Notes under the pieces: generated by a model
The model's input: the letters and a program-made list of their open reading frames with translations, nothing else
What the model was told of the DNA's origin: nothing
The model's database searches: none
Shown here: positions 39,698-52,429 of the stretch, piece after piece
Position numbering within the stretch: position 1 is the first letter of the stretch
Layout of the letters: every line of letters begins with the position of its first letter
Assembly (NCBI GenBank): GCA_964234715.1
Contig: OZ174276.1
Direction: 5' to 3' (one strand)
DNA from: Podarcis melisellensis
Lineage: Eukaryota
Length of the DNA: 64,000 bases
Translations under genes and position numbers: made by a program

Positions 39698-42600
39698 TAT
39701 ATTGGATTTGTAAACTCTGTTTGGCCAATTAATGGAAAGGAAAGGAAATAAAATGTAAATGTGCAACTAAGAATGCAAAAAAGTCTTCAAGAATGGGGAG
39801 TCCTCAACAGATAACTCTCTTCTCCCCCTCCACTCTGCAGCTCTAATCTGAAATCTTCAGAAACTGCTCACACTAATGAAATTCCCTGTCGCAAAATGCA
39901 CCTAGAACAATAGCAGTTTCGAATGTGAGCCATACACCTAATATTAAAGAAAGTCTCTACTGCACTCCAGTCAAGTAATTAGCAGATTGAGAGCATCCCA
40001 AAAGAACTTTTCTACAGCTTTACATGCAGCCCCCGGAACATAACCCACACACAATACGTGAATCTACTATAACTGCTAACTATGGCTAGCTAATTTCAAT
40101 CTCTGATTTAAGGGCTAATCGTGGTTTCAATTTCCAAATTAAAGGCAACGTATGTCTAGTGGTAACTATGGTTACCCTGGAAATGCTTAATTATACTTAA
40201 CACTAATCTGGGGAAAGTGTGGGGAGCAGTTGGAGGGGGGATTGCCAGTTGGCCCAGCATAGTGTCTGAACAGAATTAGGAATAAAGCCCATCATCCAGA
40301 GGCATAGCCACAGCTTCTGTGTTGCCTTCAAAAAAGAAAAAGGATTTGCAAAGTAGAGGTTCAAACTGAAAAATAAGCTGGTGTGCATATGTACCACTAA
40401 GTACAATGTTCTTAAAAAAGTTATCAACAGTATTATTCCTTAATTGCATTCTTACAATCTATGTAGGAAAGCAACTAGAAAATGGCACAGACACACATCT
40501 TTGTGATGTGTAAGATTAGAGCACAAGTATGAGACAAATGGACAGCAGACAAGCTTGAATTCTGCCAGATACATCTCTAAGACCCCTCTCTGATCACATC
40601 CCAAAGACACATGTTTTGAGGTCACTTCATGTTCACTTCACTGCACATTTTAAAAAGCATGTAGGAAGCAGGCATAAATTTATGAGGGGGGACAAATACC
40701 AAATTCACATTTTAAGTGGTGATTACTCAAGCAAACAATTATTTATCTTCCTCAGAAGTGTGTTTTAGCATTATCATAAGATCTAACTCACTTCAGAACA
40801 CTGAATCATATGCTTCTGGCAACTGGCTGGGAGAGGATGTCAGCATTTCCTGAAACCTGTGTTTATCAGATGCTGCTCTGGAATCTACAGAGGCTAGTAA
40901 GGTCACATGATGATTACTCAATGAAAGGTCTCAGTACTACTACAAACAACCAGTTTCATCAAGGAAAGGAAGAATTTACAAACTGCAGCAGCTAATCACC
41001 TCTTCACTGATACCAGCTGCCCAGTAAGCTTACAAAAAAATGATGAATGAAGTTGTAGAGTACCAAAAGAAGAGAACAAAACTATATCCACCCATGGGGG
41101 CAGAGCAGCAGAATAAAGTGTGTGGCACATGTAGAGAACCAGGGCAAATCAGGGTTCAGAACAGGTCGCCTGTTCATTTCCTTTTTGTATCTGTTCAAAT
41201 AAAAGCAACACCTCTCAAGACTATATGATGGCAAATAAGAACTGTAAAGAGAATCTACACTGCAGTTGCATTTAGATGTACATGGTAAGCTATGGTTATG
41301 GCTTACCATGGATGCAGAGGTCATTCTCACTTTACTTGTCCCTACTAATGAGCAGCAGCAACAAACTATAATCCTTGGCTCAACAGAACAGGGGACTGAG
41401 ATGTATTTTTCTCCAAAGAAGCTGCTGTTTGGAGCAAAGCAAAACTTGATGCTCGGTTTGGACATTGGGTGAGAGCCAACATGTTAGTTGTGGGAGTGGT
41501 AATGTGGCATAGCTTAACTGCCACAAAGTACAATAAAGGTACTTTGTGCAAGGTACTTGAATGTGCAAGTCACTCAATGGATTTGGCTGTTGCTCTGAAC
41601 AAGATTCTGCTATCAGGACAGCCATTGGATGAGTGGTTGCTACAAGTGAGTATGAACCATAACACTTAGCCAAAGGTGATGGTTTGTACTTCTACTTGGA
41701 ATCAAAAACAATTTCTGCATTCAATGTGAACTAGTAACCATGGCTTACTGTGAATTACCCAAAGAGAGTTCTGCATTTATAATTTTTTAAAAGCCATCTG
41801 TAAGAACAAGGAAAGCAAATGTGTGGTGTGATAGTGGAAACTTAACATGATTCTTTATACGATGACCTAAGTTCTTCTGAGAAGGTTTATCAAAATTAAA
41901 GATAGCATTCATTCAATAGGACTCATGGAGGGGGTGGGAAGTCCAGAGATTCAGGGAAATATCTAAATATGGATATGTAATTTGTATTGTTATAACTCTA
42001 CATTTGTAAAATCAAATTAAAATTATTTCAAAAAAAGTGTAACATTCATTACATTACTCAGACAAAAACTACCACAATTGCAATAGCCTCAAATGCACAT
42101 TTATTTCCAGTTTCTAAACTTAGATACAAGAACGTCAGAGAACCACTGAGGGGGGGGCTATCAATCTATAGTCATTAGTCTACATTTAGAAACACAGCAT
42201 TTTGGTGCCAGACTTCAGTTTTTGAGACCAGTTAAATGCTCTCACTGAACTGGTTTACTAAAATGCATATATCCTTTAAATGGCATTAACAAAATAAACT
42301 CAATATTTGTCACAGACAGCACACAAACAACTTCCTTGCAGGAAATGAAAACAGAATGCATTTTAATTTGGAATCGGCTCTAGAAACTGATTCTAAAGTC
42401 TGAAATACCTCAATACTGCATACACAAATATAGTACTTTAACACAGATTAGTTCGTGAACACTGTGCTGTGTTTTACTTTCTTTTTCATAACACCTTATT
42501 AACCTTTCTAAGCCCCAAATATGAAAGAATGATGCACATACAAGTTTTATATACACCAGACCAATAGCTGAGTTGCATGGTCTCCTTTCCCTTCCTTGGA

Positions 42601-43769
42601 ATAGTAACAGATCGTGATACATCTAAATCGAGTGAAACTTTCATCAACTTATTTCTCCCTTAAAAGCTTGTTTGCTGTTGCCACATATCAAAGTTTGTAT
42701 TGGTCCCAGCATTAACTTGAAAAGCATGCACTTTGTAAATGATGCAATTTTAGGCAATCAGAGTTCACATGTCCTCAGAGCTGCAGAGTCTCACTCTCTC
42801 TACACTCAGTTGTGAATCAGCCACTCCCTCCCCTTTGCTCTTATTAAGGCCAAGCAGCAAGCCTCCTGGGCGCAGCTCTGACGCTCTCAAGTACTTATTA
42901 CAAAGCTCTACACTTTTAAAGAGAAGTCATCCTAAATCAGGCCCTAACTGCACACTGTGGCCAGAAGCCACACTGCATACACATAGTTCAATGTAAACTT
43001 CCCCTGACTTTTTAAAAAAAATGAAAAGTAGCAACTGGAGGCAGAAATAATAAATAAAGGCAGGAGAGGGCTCTTACCACTTTCCCTGCTAACCATTCTC
43101 TTTACAATGTCACCCATGCAAGACTGCACCCCACCCCTGCAACATAAGAGATACATGTTCACATATTTTCACCTGCAGTGAGAAAGGAAAGCTCGAGGTC
43201 AAATAATTTTGGAATTTCACCTACAATCACCTAAACAGCAGCAGTTTGATACCTGCAAGTCCATTGCAAAAAGCAATGCTGAAGACATATCTACATTTCA
43301 GTCTAATATATATTGTTGCAGATAATGTATCATAAAGACAAATTGACAAGAACCCTCCACAATAGAGTATTTGCCCATGTTATACTGTATTATGATGTTT
43401 CATCTTGACAGAAGACCAAGCAACAATGATCCACTACTGCTCCACATTCATTTTCAACCTCCAAGCTCCCAATAAACCCACAAAAGAACATAACCTACTG
43501 GTGTCCGGCTATTTCCCTACCTACCGATAAAACCTGCAGGATGTGTCCACTTTCTTCATGGGGCCCTAGGACTGAACTATACTGTAACCACACAAGGCTT
43601 TTAACTGAAGCTATACTGGAGTTCCATGTAATCTCTGGCTTTTAAGGTTTGGGTGGAACCAGAAAAATCAAGGGTCATGTTTTTAGCATACAGTACGAAC
43701 CATTAGGCAAAGAGGTCACCAGGCATTTGAGAAATCTGCACCAATAGTTATAATAATCATACTTATTAT

Positions 43770-44080
43770 TAACATTTATTCATCACCTACAGAAGAATGT
43801 CAAGTAGACTAGCCATGAAAAGACAAAATAAAAACATCAAAGTTACACATTTTAAAATATGTAACACAAGCCACCGTTAAGTATATTACAGCACAATTCA
43901 GAAACATCAGTATGTCTTGTCATCAGTATGTTCCCCAGAAAAAGTGACCAATGAAATAACAAGTTAAAATATACCCTCAAAAGCAGGAAAAGTTTGGTCT
44001 TTGCCTGGTGCCGAAAAGATGTTAATGTGGTTGCCAGGAAAGCCTCTTTGGGGACATCATGCCAAGACTCTGACATCAAA
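43770..44080 (-). mobile_element. Old L2-like LINE 3' fragment
   Basis: aaaagtttggtctttgcctggtgccgaaaagat...gccaggaaagcctctttggg is typical of a reversed L2 tail; limits approximate. Confidence 0.5.
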
Positions 44081-45699
44081 TCTATCTACATTGTGAAAGA
44101 TAAACTAAAGGCTTTCACCTCCTATCCTGTCTGAAGTAGCTGAACTCTCAATGAAGGCTTTACTTTCCTGAGTCTGAACCCCATCTCAAATGAATCTGCA
44201 AGGGCCAATACCATGAAAGCAGTTGTATCACCATAAATTTGAGTGTAAGATATGTCTAATACCAACAATGCAAAAATTGCCTCTGTGATTGCAGAACATG
44301 GTTTAAGACATACGTAGTAAGGGCAAAAAAAATGGATGGGTCAGGGAGCAACGAGAACAGCAACTAAGATTTTACTCTGCAGCTGTCTCAAACAAAAAGC
44401 CTTCAGCTCTTTGGGGCAGAAAACCATAATTAGGATTTGCTTTGCGTGATTTGGTGGGTAGGTGTTTTGTTGTTGTTGTTGTTGTTTACTTTTGATCTAG
44501 AATAGCCACCTTCCAACAACTTGATTATCTCCAAAATAAAATGCAGCATACCTGCCTCTTCCCTCCACTGAGCAAAAGAAAAATATTTTCAGTGACTCAT
44601 GGGAACTAAGTGCTCTGACATCATCAGTATATTTGTGTATCCTAGCAACCATCTGACAGCAAAACACCTAAGCTTTTCCCTTTCCCCAATTTGGCAGGCT
44701 AGTAGTTATAGATTCTACAGTGAAAATCAACATTAACAAAGGAGGAGTTGTTTGTATAAAACATCTGCTATTATCATTATTACAGTACTGGTGTACATGT
44801 AGAAGACAGACTATATCCAGTGTGATCAACTATTTGACACAGGAGAAGGGTGCAGAGGGAGTAGAGGGAAATGGAGTCAAGAGTAATAAGTTGGAGTAGG
44901 GGGAGATATGCTTTCAGTTCACTTCAGTTGCATATAATGGAAGCAACCTCATTTTTTGTTCTCATCCCTATTCACATGTAAGAAGAGGGTGGGGGCGGGG
45001 AGGTTACTGGTTTATATTGTTTTTGTTCTTTGTCTTGTATTTTTATGATGTGCACTGCCCTGAAATCTACAGGTGAGGGGTGGTATAAAATTTCATAAAT
45101 AATAATAATCTCATTTTCAGAGTAAAAGGAGACCCAAGGCAGTGGAGTTGAATCCTGACCCTTCCTCACCTTATCTGTCCATTTCCAATTACTGCAGGCT
45201 TTCTCCCCTGGATGAGGTGCAACACAAGAAGTGAGCCCAATGGGAATTAACAGAGGAAGACATTATTCACCTCACCTAGACAGCCTTCGGATGTAAACAT
45301 TAAAAACATACGCATTTAATATATACAGTGTGACATGTGACCAAGTAAGTGTCTCGGCATGTCCAGCTTAACCTTAAGGGGTTAAGCCAAATCCTTAAAG
45401 GGGGCAGTCATCTTTTTCCTATCACAACACACAAAGACTCAGAAGGAAGGTCATATACTCTTTGACACCTCCTCCTAATTTAAAAGCAGGGTTTACTCGC
45501 TTGGGAAATTCACAAACATCCCCAAAAAAGACCTTGCAAGAGACGGCCCTGAGTCACTCCTGGGAACAGACTTCAATACTGGAAGGAATCCAAGCCGCCC
45601 ATGATTTTACACACAGGGGGATTTGGGCCTCGCTTGTCGTAGAGCCTTATCAGCTGGAACAAAAGCTGCGGGAGGTACCTGGCGAAGATTGCCAGAGGC

Positions 45700-46850
45700 A
45701 GGAAGAGAAAGGAAAAGTCAGGGCGGCCACAGGGTTGGCCAGGAGCTGGAAGTCACTCACAGGCCAAACGCCGAAGCTCAACCGACTGGAGCCTGGAGCG
45801 CTTAAATGGAGGCCTGAGAAGCGGCAACAGGATGCCAGCTTCTTACGAAGCGCTGGGCTGGCACGAAAGGGAGTTGGTGCCGGCGGTGCAGAACCGGAGG
45901 CAGGCCTTCATCTGAGGCCTACCGGGCGGCGGCAGCGGCGGGCCGTGAGGTGAGTCACGAGGCCAGCAGCAGCAGCCGGAACCCTTCGGCGTTAACGGTC
46001 CAGGGCAAGGGAGGGCAGGTTCCGGGCGGGGCGCCGAGGCGTCACAGGGCGGCGCTGGCCGACAGCGTGGCGGGCGGCGGTGGCGCCACCAACAGAGGAG
46101 CGACAAACGGCCGCCTCCTCCCTGCCTGAGCGGTGGCAGGGAAAGGAGGGCAGCGAGTCCGGGGGGGGGGGTGAGGAGGGAGGCCGCCCGCCCGCCGCTC
46201 CCTGATGAATGAATGACACGGCTTCAAGCCAGTGACAGTCGGCCATGGCTCCCCTTCCGACTAATAGAAGGCCGTCAGGGGCGGAATCTGCCCCGTTGTC
46301 GCTTTGCAACCAATCCGGCACGAGCTCGCGACGAAGGAGTGAAGCAGTTGGGGGGAGGGGGGAGAGAGATAGGACCGGGGTGGGGTGGGGGCTCACCCGG
46401 CTTCGGCGGTACCTCAGCCCCGCTCGCGCACTTCAAAAAGTCCACCCACCCTCGCACACAACACACGCTCTCTCAGACACACACACTTGCTCCTCTAGAC
46501 GCACCCTTGTTCCTCCTCGCGCTCCTCAACCGTCCAGCGGCGCTCTCTTCCTACCACTGCCGACTCCGCTGCTGCTACCGCATCGCCTCAGTCGCTGACA
46601 CAGCTCTGAACCCTGCCTCATCCGGGCAACCCACCGCCTTGGCTACGTCACAGCAGAAGGCGAGGTCCGCCACGAGACAAGCACAACCCCGCTCGGGGGC
46701 GGAGCCAGCCAGCTTGAACGGCAGGCCGCGGGAGAGGGGGCGGGGCCGTGTAGATATGGTCACGCCCATCTCGAGCGCGCGCCGTGCCTATTCTGAGACT
46801 CGGGCGTGAAGCAGCAGCGCGGTTGGTGCTGCTGCTGCACGAAACATGAT
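45700..46850. promoter_or_regulatory. NDEL1: CpG island promoter of NDEL1
   Basis: Only extended CpG-dense non-repeat segment in the window; GGGCGG boxes at ~46024, 46278, 46697, 46738; TACGTCA 46644-46650; CCAAT 46310-46314; TGAGTCA 45951-45957; no obvious TATA. Confidence 0.9.
46397..46640 (-). other. NDEL1: Probable NDEL1 non-coding exon 1 (TSS approximate)
   Basis: Lies in the CpG island just downstream (- strand) of GC boxes and a CRE-like site; donor CGG|GTGAGC after 46397, alternative GAG|GTACCG after 46413. Confidence 0.6.
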
Positions 46851-47377
46851 ACTGTGGTAGTATCAAAATTAAAAGCAAAATTAAAACTTTAATGTTCCTG
46901 TAGTGGTTTTGCTGTTTTTGTTGCGACAAATCAACCCACTGGCGATCACACATGTAGCGCAATCCAAATACGTACATGCCAATGACGCTTATTACCCAGG
47001 TAAGTGTGTGCAGGATTGCAACTTAGTTTGTGCGTTCCAAATATTCAGTGTGGTCAATCTCTTCCTACCTGCATGGTTTCCAAGACCAATCAGAACGGAT
47101 TTTGTTCCATCTCTTCCCTATACCTATCCAGCAATGTGAAAAGAAAAGTCTTCCATTGTTAATACTGTATAATAAATAGTGGATTGTTGGGTCTGTTCTA
47201 TTTTTTTTCTTCCTTTTGCTCAAGTGATGCTTAGCTTCTTTCACTGGTAGATAGGATGCATATAGCAGGACCCAAGAAATAATACCTATCACTAGTACAG
47301 TATTTAGAAGAGCTACACAAGATGCCTGTTTGATTCCAGGTGTGATGCAAAGTGTGATTCTGACTTACAAAGCCTTA

Positions 47378-47498
47378 GGGTGGTATCTAACTAAGCTTTA
47401 CTCAGAGTAGGCCCATTTAAATTAATGAACATGGCTAAGATTAGACCACTGATTTCAGTAGGTCTGTTTCGAGGGAAAAGGTTAGTTGAATCCCACCC
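47378..47498. mobile_element. Old palindromic MITE-like element
   Basis: gggtggtatctaactaa...ttagttgaatcccaccc termini with imperfect internal inverted arms. Confidence 0.5.
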
Positions 47499-48509
47499 AT
47501 AAACTGCAATATTATGTACATTTACATGGGAAAAACACAGTGAGACATATTTTATTAGAGAACATGCATAGATGTATGTTACTAAACAGCCTGGGACTTC
47601 CTAGCTTGTAGGAAGAAACTGGTTTCTTAAAGATGAAGCCCTTCTACCAGTGCCCCTTTCTACACAAAAGAGGTATTTTCTGAACAGAACAGCGTTAGTG
47701 TTTCAGGAAGATGATGTAGTAGTTCATGCTAAGCTGTGTGAGACATTCTATCTTGTTCACAGGAAGTTAAAACAGGAAGGAGGACAGGAAGGAGACTTAG
47801 CTGAGATCTGCTTCCTAGATATGCCTGCCAGTATTGAGATCTTCCTGAGATAGTTTCAGAAACAGAAATAGCAAACATTGTGTGCTAAATTTGAAGAAGA
47901 GACAGGCAGAAAGTGGCTGGACATATCGCTAGTGTTTTTAATTTTCTTTCCTAGTTTCCTTAACTCTGTTCTGAGATGTCCACCACCTCTTGTTTTTCTC
48001 TCCATTCTCAGCCACCGCTTGAATTACAGAAAGGCCAGAGGGAGCAAAACTCCCTTAATTTTTCACTGATCCCCTTGGCTCCTGTTTTTAACATCACATC
48101 ACTGCTGGTGATGTGATTTGATTGAATTAGGCATGGAAGATCAATGGCTTGCTTGTGGATTTCATTGAGGGTCCCTGAAACCCTGCTCCCCTAATTTGAA
48201 CATCATTTCCAGCATTGGCAGGATCCATCTTCTGCTCTAGATGCATTTTTTTATTGCCCAAATTGATCCGGTACATGTTTGACAATTCCAACTTTTTCCT
48301 CTTTGGCTTTCCTGTATTGGATCTTGATCCTGCCCCCTACTCAAAACTCTACTGCTATGGCTCTCCATTGTTCTTAGATAATGCATTCAGCAGACATCCT
48401 TACCTAACTTACTCCCAGCGCACCAATATGTCTAAAACACCAGACAGGCAAATGCTGCTTTAGTGCCTGTTAATTTCTGATGATTTAAAGTTGCATTATA
48501 TGATGGAAG

Positions 48510-48757
48510 GAACATAAGAAGAGCCCTTCTGGATCTGATCAAGGACCCATCTAGTCCAGAAATCTATTCTCACAGTAGCCAACAAAGTGCCTTTTGGAAG
48601 CCTGTACGCAGACCCAGAGTGCAACAGCACTCACCCTCTTATGACCTCAAGCAACTGGTATTCAGAGGAATGCTGCCTCTAGTGCTGCAGATGGTATGTA
48701 GCCATCATCACTAGTAGCTGTTGATAGCCTTGTCCTCCCATTAATTTATCTAATCCC
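48510..48757 (-). mobile_element. CR1-like LINE 3' end; appears to resume at ~49225-49375 beyond the L2 insertion
   Basis: aacataagaagagccc...ggacccatctagtccag is shared with 59320-59900 and 63023-63368. Confidence 0.65.
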
Positions 48758-48794
<37 letters not shown>

Positions 48795-49180
48795 TGTACC
48801 CCGCCCATCTGGCTGAGTTTCCCCAGCCACTCTGGGCGGCTTCCAATCGAGTGTTAAAAACAATACAGCAGTAAATATTAAAAACTTCCCTAAACAGGGC
48901 TGCCTTCAGGTGTCTTTTAAAGATAAGATAGCTGCTTATTTCCTTCACATCTGAAGGGAAGGCGTTCCACAGGGCGGGCGCCACTACCAAGAAGGCCCTC
49001 TGTCTGGGTCCCTGTAACCTCACTTCTCGTAATGAGGGAACCGCCAGAAGGCCCTTGACGCTGGATCTCAGTGTCTGGGCTGAGCGATGGGGGTGGAGAC
49101 GCTCCTTCAAGTATACAGGACTGAGGCCGTTTAGGGCTTTAAAAGTCAGCACCAACACTTTGAATTGTGCTTGGAAACTT
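48758..49180 (-). mobile_element. Young L2-clade LINE 3' end with (TAA)n tail
   Basis: ORF 48790..49158 (VLTFKALNGL...RAFLVVAPALWN...FKRHLK) is the L2 ORF2 C-terminus; very similar to 53250-53620. Confidence 0.9.
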
Positions 49181-49770
49181 TGTGGTGGAGAGAGGGTGTG
49201 GTGTGTGTGGTGTGGTGTGGTGTGTGTAATATATTCCCACTTCCCATTTTTCTAAACTAAAAAGTTTAATATGTGGTAACTTTTCCTTCGTCTCTGAGCT
49301 GCTTCAGCTTCTTGATCATTTTGGTTGCTCTTCTTTGAAGTCTTTCCAGCTCTGCAATATCCTTTTTGAAAATATTCTAGGAGGCAGAACCATATAACTG
49401 CTTAACTGTGGCTGCATTGTGCCTAGTGCTTAACAGCACTGGACTCAGGACAGACCTTTAAAGAAGACCGCTTACTGCTTCCCAATCCATTAACTCCTGT
49501 CCTATGTTGGCCACTATTACTGATAAGAGCAAGACCAAAGTATAGTGTCTGGTTCAGACTGAATAAATGAAAGTAACTGGAGCACCTGCTATTTAGACTG
49601 CAGTCCCCCCAAAGGGACGAACCAGAGCCTTTCCTACAAGACTGAGAAGAATGAAGTAGGAACTACAGGTGCCTTGCTTTCATGTAAAAACTATCCCTAA
49701 TAGCTGCTTCCCCTTATGTGGTACTGGAAGTGACTTGGATGGTTTCCTTGCTTGCTATGGACTTCGTATA

Positions 49771-49991
49771 CAGTGGTACCTCGGGTTAAGATCTTCATTC
49801 ATTCTGGAGGTCCATTCTTAACCTGAAACTGTTCTTAACCTGAGGTACCACTTTAGCCAATATGGCCTCCCGCTGCCGCCGCCGCCGTGCAATTTCTGTT
49901 CTCATCCTGAAGCAAAGTTCTTAACCAGAGATACTATTTCTGGGTTAGTGGAGTCTGTAACCTGAAGCATCTGTAACCCGAGGTACTACTG
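49771..49991. mobile_element. Tc1/mariner-pogo MITE, same family as 38251
   Basis: TA|CAGTGGTACCTCGGGTT...AACCCGAGGTACTACTG|TA. Confidence 0.9.
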
Positions 49992-50154
49992 TATGTTGTC
50001 CAAGGTTGGTCTCAGTGGAGGACTCTGGGCTCTCAAATTTCAGCAGGGCACTGTGTGATGCTGATATTTGGCACCACTCACACCACAGCATTGTTGTGGC
50101 ACCCCCTGCAGCCCAGGGCCCAGTGCAACCACACCTGTCTCACCACTCTAAAAC

Positions 50155-50531
50155 CATCTGAAGGAGCGTCTCCACCCCCATCGTTAAGCCCAGACACTGA
50201 GATCCAGCGCTGAGGGCCTTCTGGTGGTTCCCTCATTGTGAGAAGTGAGGTTACAGGGAACCAGACAGAGGGCCTTCTCGATAGTGGTGCCCACCCTGTG
50301 GAACACCCTCCTTTCAGATGTGAAGGAAATAAGCAGCTATCCTATCTTTAAAAGACATCTGAAGGCAGCCCTGTTTAGGGAAGTTTTTAATATTTAATGC
50401 TGTACTGTTTTCAACACTTGATTGGGAGCTGCCCAGAGTGGCTGGGGAAACTCAACCAGATGGGCGGGGTATAAATAATAATATATCATCATCATCATCA
50501 TCATCATCATTATTATTATTATCATCATCAT
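50155..50531 (+). mobile_element. Young L2-clade LINE 3' end with (CAT)n/(TAT)n tail
   Basis: ctgaaggagcgtctccacc...ccagatgggcggggtataaat, same family as 48758 and 52633. Confidence 0.88.
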
Positions 50532-50786
50532 CTCTGCTGGCCCTACCATTAGGCCACGTGAGACAGTCACCTCAAGCAGATGCTCAGCGGCAGGTGGCCC
50601 CTGGCTGTTTCTCCTGAACCTCTGGCTGCACCCTTCAGTTGGAAGGCAGAGCTGTGTATTCTATGTGGCCTGCCCTACACCCCCATAAGTTGCAGGATGA
50701 TCTCTTGTTCCTGAAACTGAAGTAAGATTAAACTACCAGTCCAGTCAACTTCTGCATATGGAAAGGAGGGAGCAGTGTATCTCTAT

Positions 50787-51136
50787 CAGAGGTGCCAACT
50801 TCGAGAGAGAATGGGGCCCCCGATGTCACGTGTGTGGTGTCACATGTGACATCAGAACACTGGGCGGAGCCAGGGGCGGAGCTGAATGCAGTGGCAATGT
50901 GGCTTCAATGGCTGGTGGATCCTCCTCTTCCTGCCACCACCACTGGCCAGGGGCTGCTTCCCTCTTCCTTCCCCTCCATTTGGGGGGGAGGGGGAGGAGG
51001 AGGAGGAGGAGATGGCCACTGAAGACACACTGCACTAGGCTCCATCCTTGGCCTCCTCCTCTCCCTTTGAACATTGGGGGGCCATCCCCAAAAATAAGTG
51101 GGGGAAGGGTTCGGCCCGTAGGAGATGGTGCCCCTG
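50787..51136. mobile_element. hAT non-autonomous element with 8-bp TSD
   Basis: atctctat|CAGAGGTGCCAACT...AGATGGTGCCCCTG|atctctac (TSD 7/8). Confidence 0.8.
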
Positions 51137-52429
51137 ATCTCTACCATTGGCCTCAGGCATCAAAATGTCTTGGGCCAGTATTCCATAACAAGCCATCCGG
51201 ATTCTTGAAGCTCAATGGTCTGAAAATGCTGCTGTCAAAAGTCCAGGGAGATGTTTGTAAGGCTGTAGCGACATCCCTGCATTCTGCTTACAACATTTCT
51301 GCCCTTAACTGCCTCCCCGCCAGAGCTGAGATAGTCTGAAAGCCATCTCACACCGGGAGAGCGTGGCTGCAGATGGAACTATCTCTGAAGGATGGAGAGG
51401 TGCAATGGGCCTCTCCTCTGAGGCTCTGTTCTCTTCACTTCCCCTGCTTTCTCCTCCTTAGTTGCTGCACCTGACACATGGCAACATCCCTTGCACATTT
51501 GCCTTTGTCCGATACTGACGGGGCTTTCATAGAATTAACAAAGAGACAGTGTTGGGGCTCCTGTTTCCAAACTTGCATTTAGAGGGGGCTGCTTGTCTGG
51601 TTAACACTGATTTAAAGTCGATGTTTGTTTTCAGGGTGTGTGTGGGTTTTTTTTTTAAAAAAAACTTCTTTTGCTTGCACCCTGTTGTAATCTGCAGTTG
51701 TTCCCATGCATTCTCCACGGGCTCCGAGTCCCGAGGCTCACAAAGGCACAGTCACTTAGCATTAATTCTCTCCTACCCCGAACAGCCACTGCTCCTCTTT
51801 AGCCGTGGTGGGGCTGTGCTTCCCAGGCAGAACCAAGTCATCTATTGAAAAGCAGACCAAAGAAAAGAGACATAATGGATTCTATTGAAGTGGGCTCCGT
51901 CTCATGGGGTGGGGTGATGAGAGCACAGAGGGGCCTGAGAGCAGAGACTAAGGAGTGTCTCATGAAATCTGGGGTCAGGACTCTTGACAAGGCATGCTCT
52001 CTCTCTCTTATAGGAGTACACACAGGGTGGGCGTTATAGATTGAGTGTGGGAATGCAGAGACAGATGTCTTTCAGAGCCTGGGAATGCTTCAGTGAGCAC
52101 AGTCTATCCAACTATACCTGCCCAGGTGCGGTACAGTACCTGTTTTACATTCATTGCCCCAACTACACATGTATATCAGTTTTATCTGCAGCTACAGGAT
52201 CTTGCAGCTTCGCTACTACGGACTGAAATTGTTGGCAATTGGGGACTGTCTTTGGCATTAAACCCTGTGCCTATTTGTGAGCGGTCATTGTTTAGATGAT
52301 AATGTAAAAAGAAGAAGAAGGTTGGGCAAGCCTGGAGAACGCATGCAAGCAATTTGTACCTACTTGCCCTTCTCATCATCACATAAACCTCCCCACCCCC
52401 CATGAATTTATTTTCTTGTTAATTCTCAT

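Noticed and set aside
43078-43172. Acceptor/donor pair in NDEL1 intron 1
   Set aside because: Plausible signals, but such pseudo-exons are common in 10-kb introns and nothing else supports it.
45462-46977. Long ORFs in the CpG island (163, 134, 198 aa etc.)
   Set aside because: Expected from stop-codon scarcity in GC-rich DNA; low-complexity Pro/Arg/Gly content with no recognisable domain.
50758-51339. 193-aa ORF
   Set aside because: Mostly inside a GC-rich non-autonomous hAT element; no transposase motifs.
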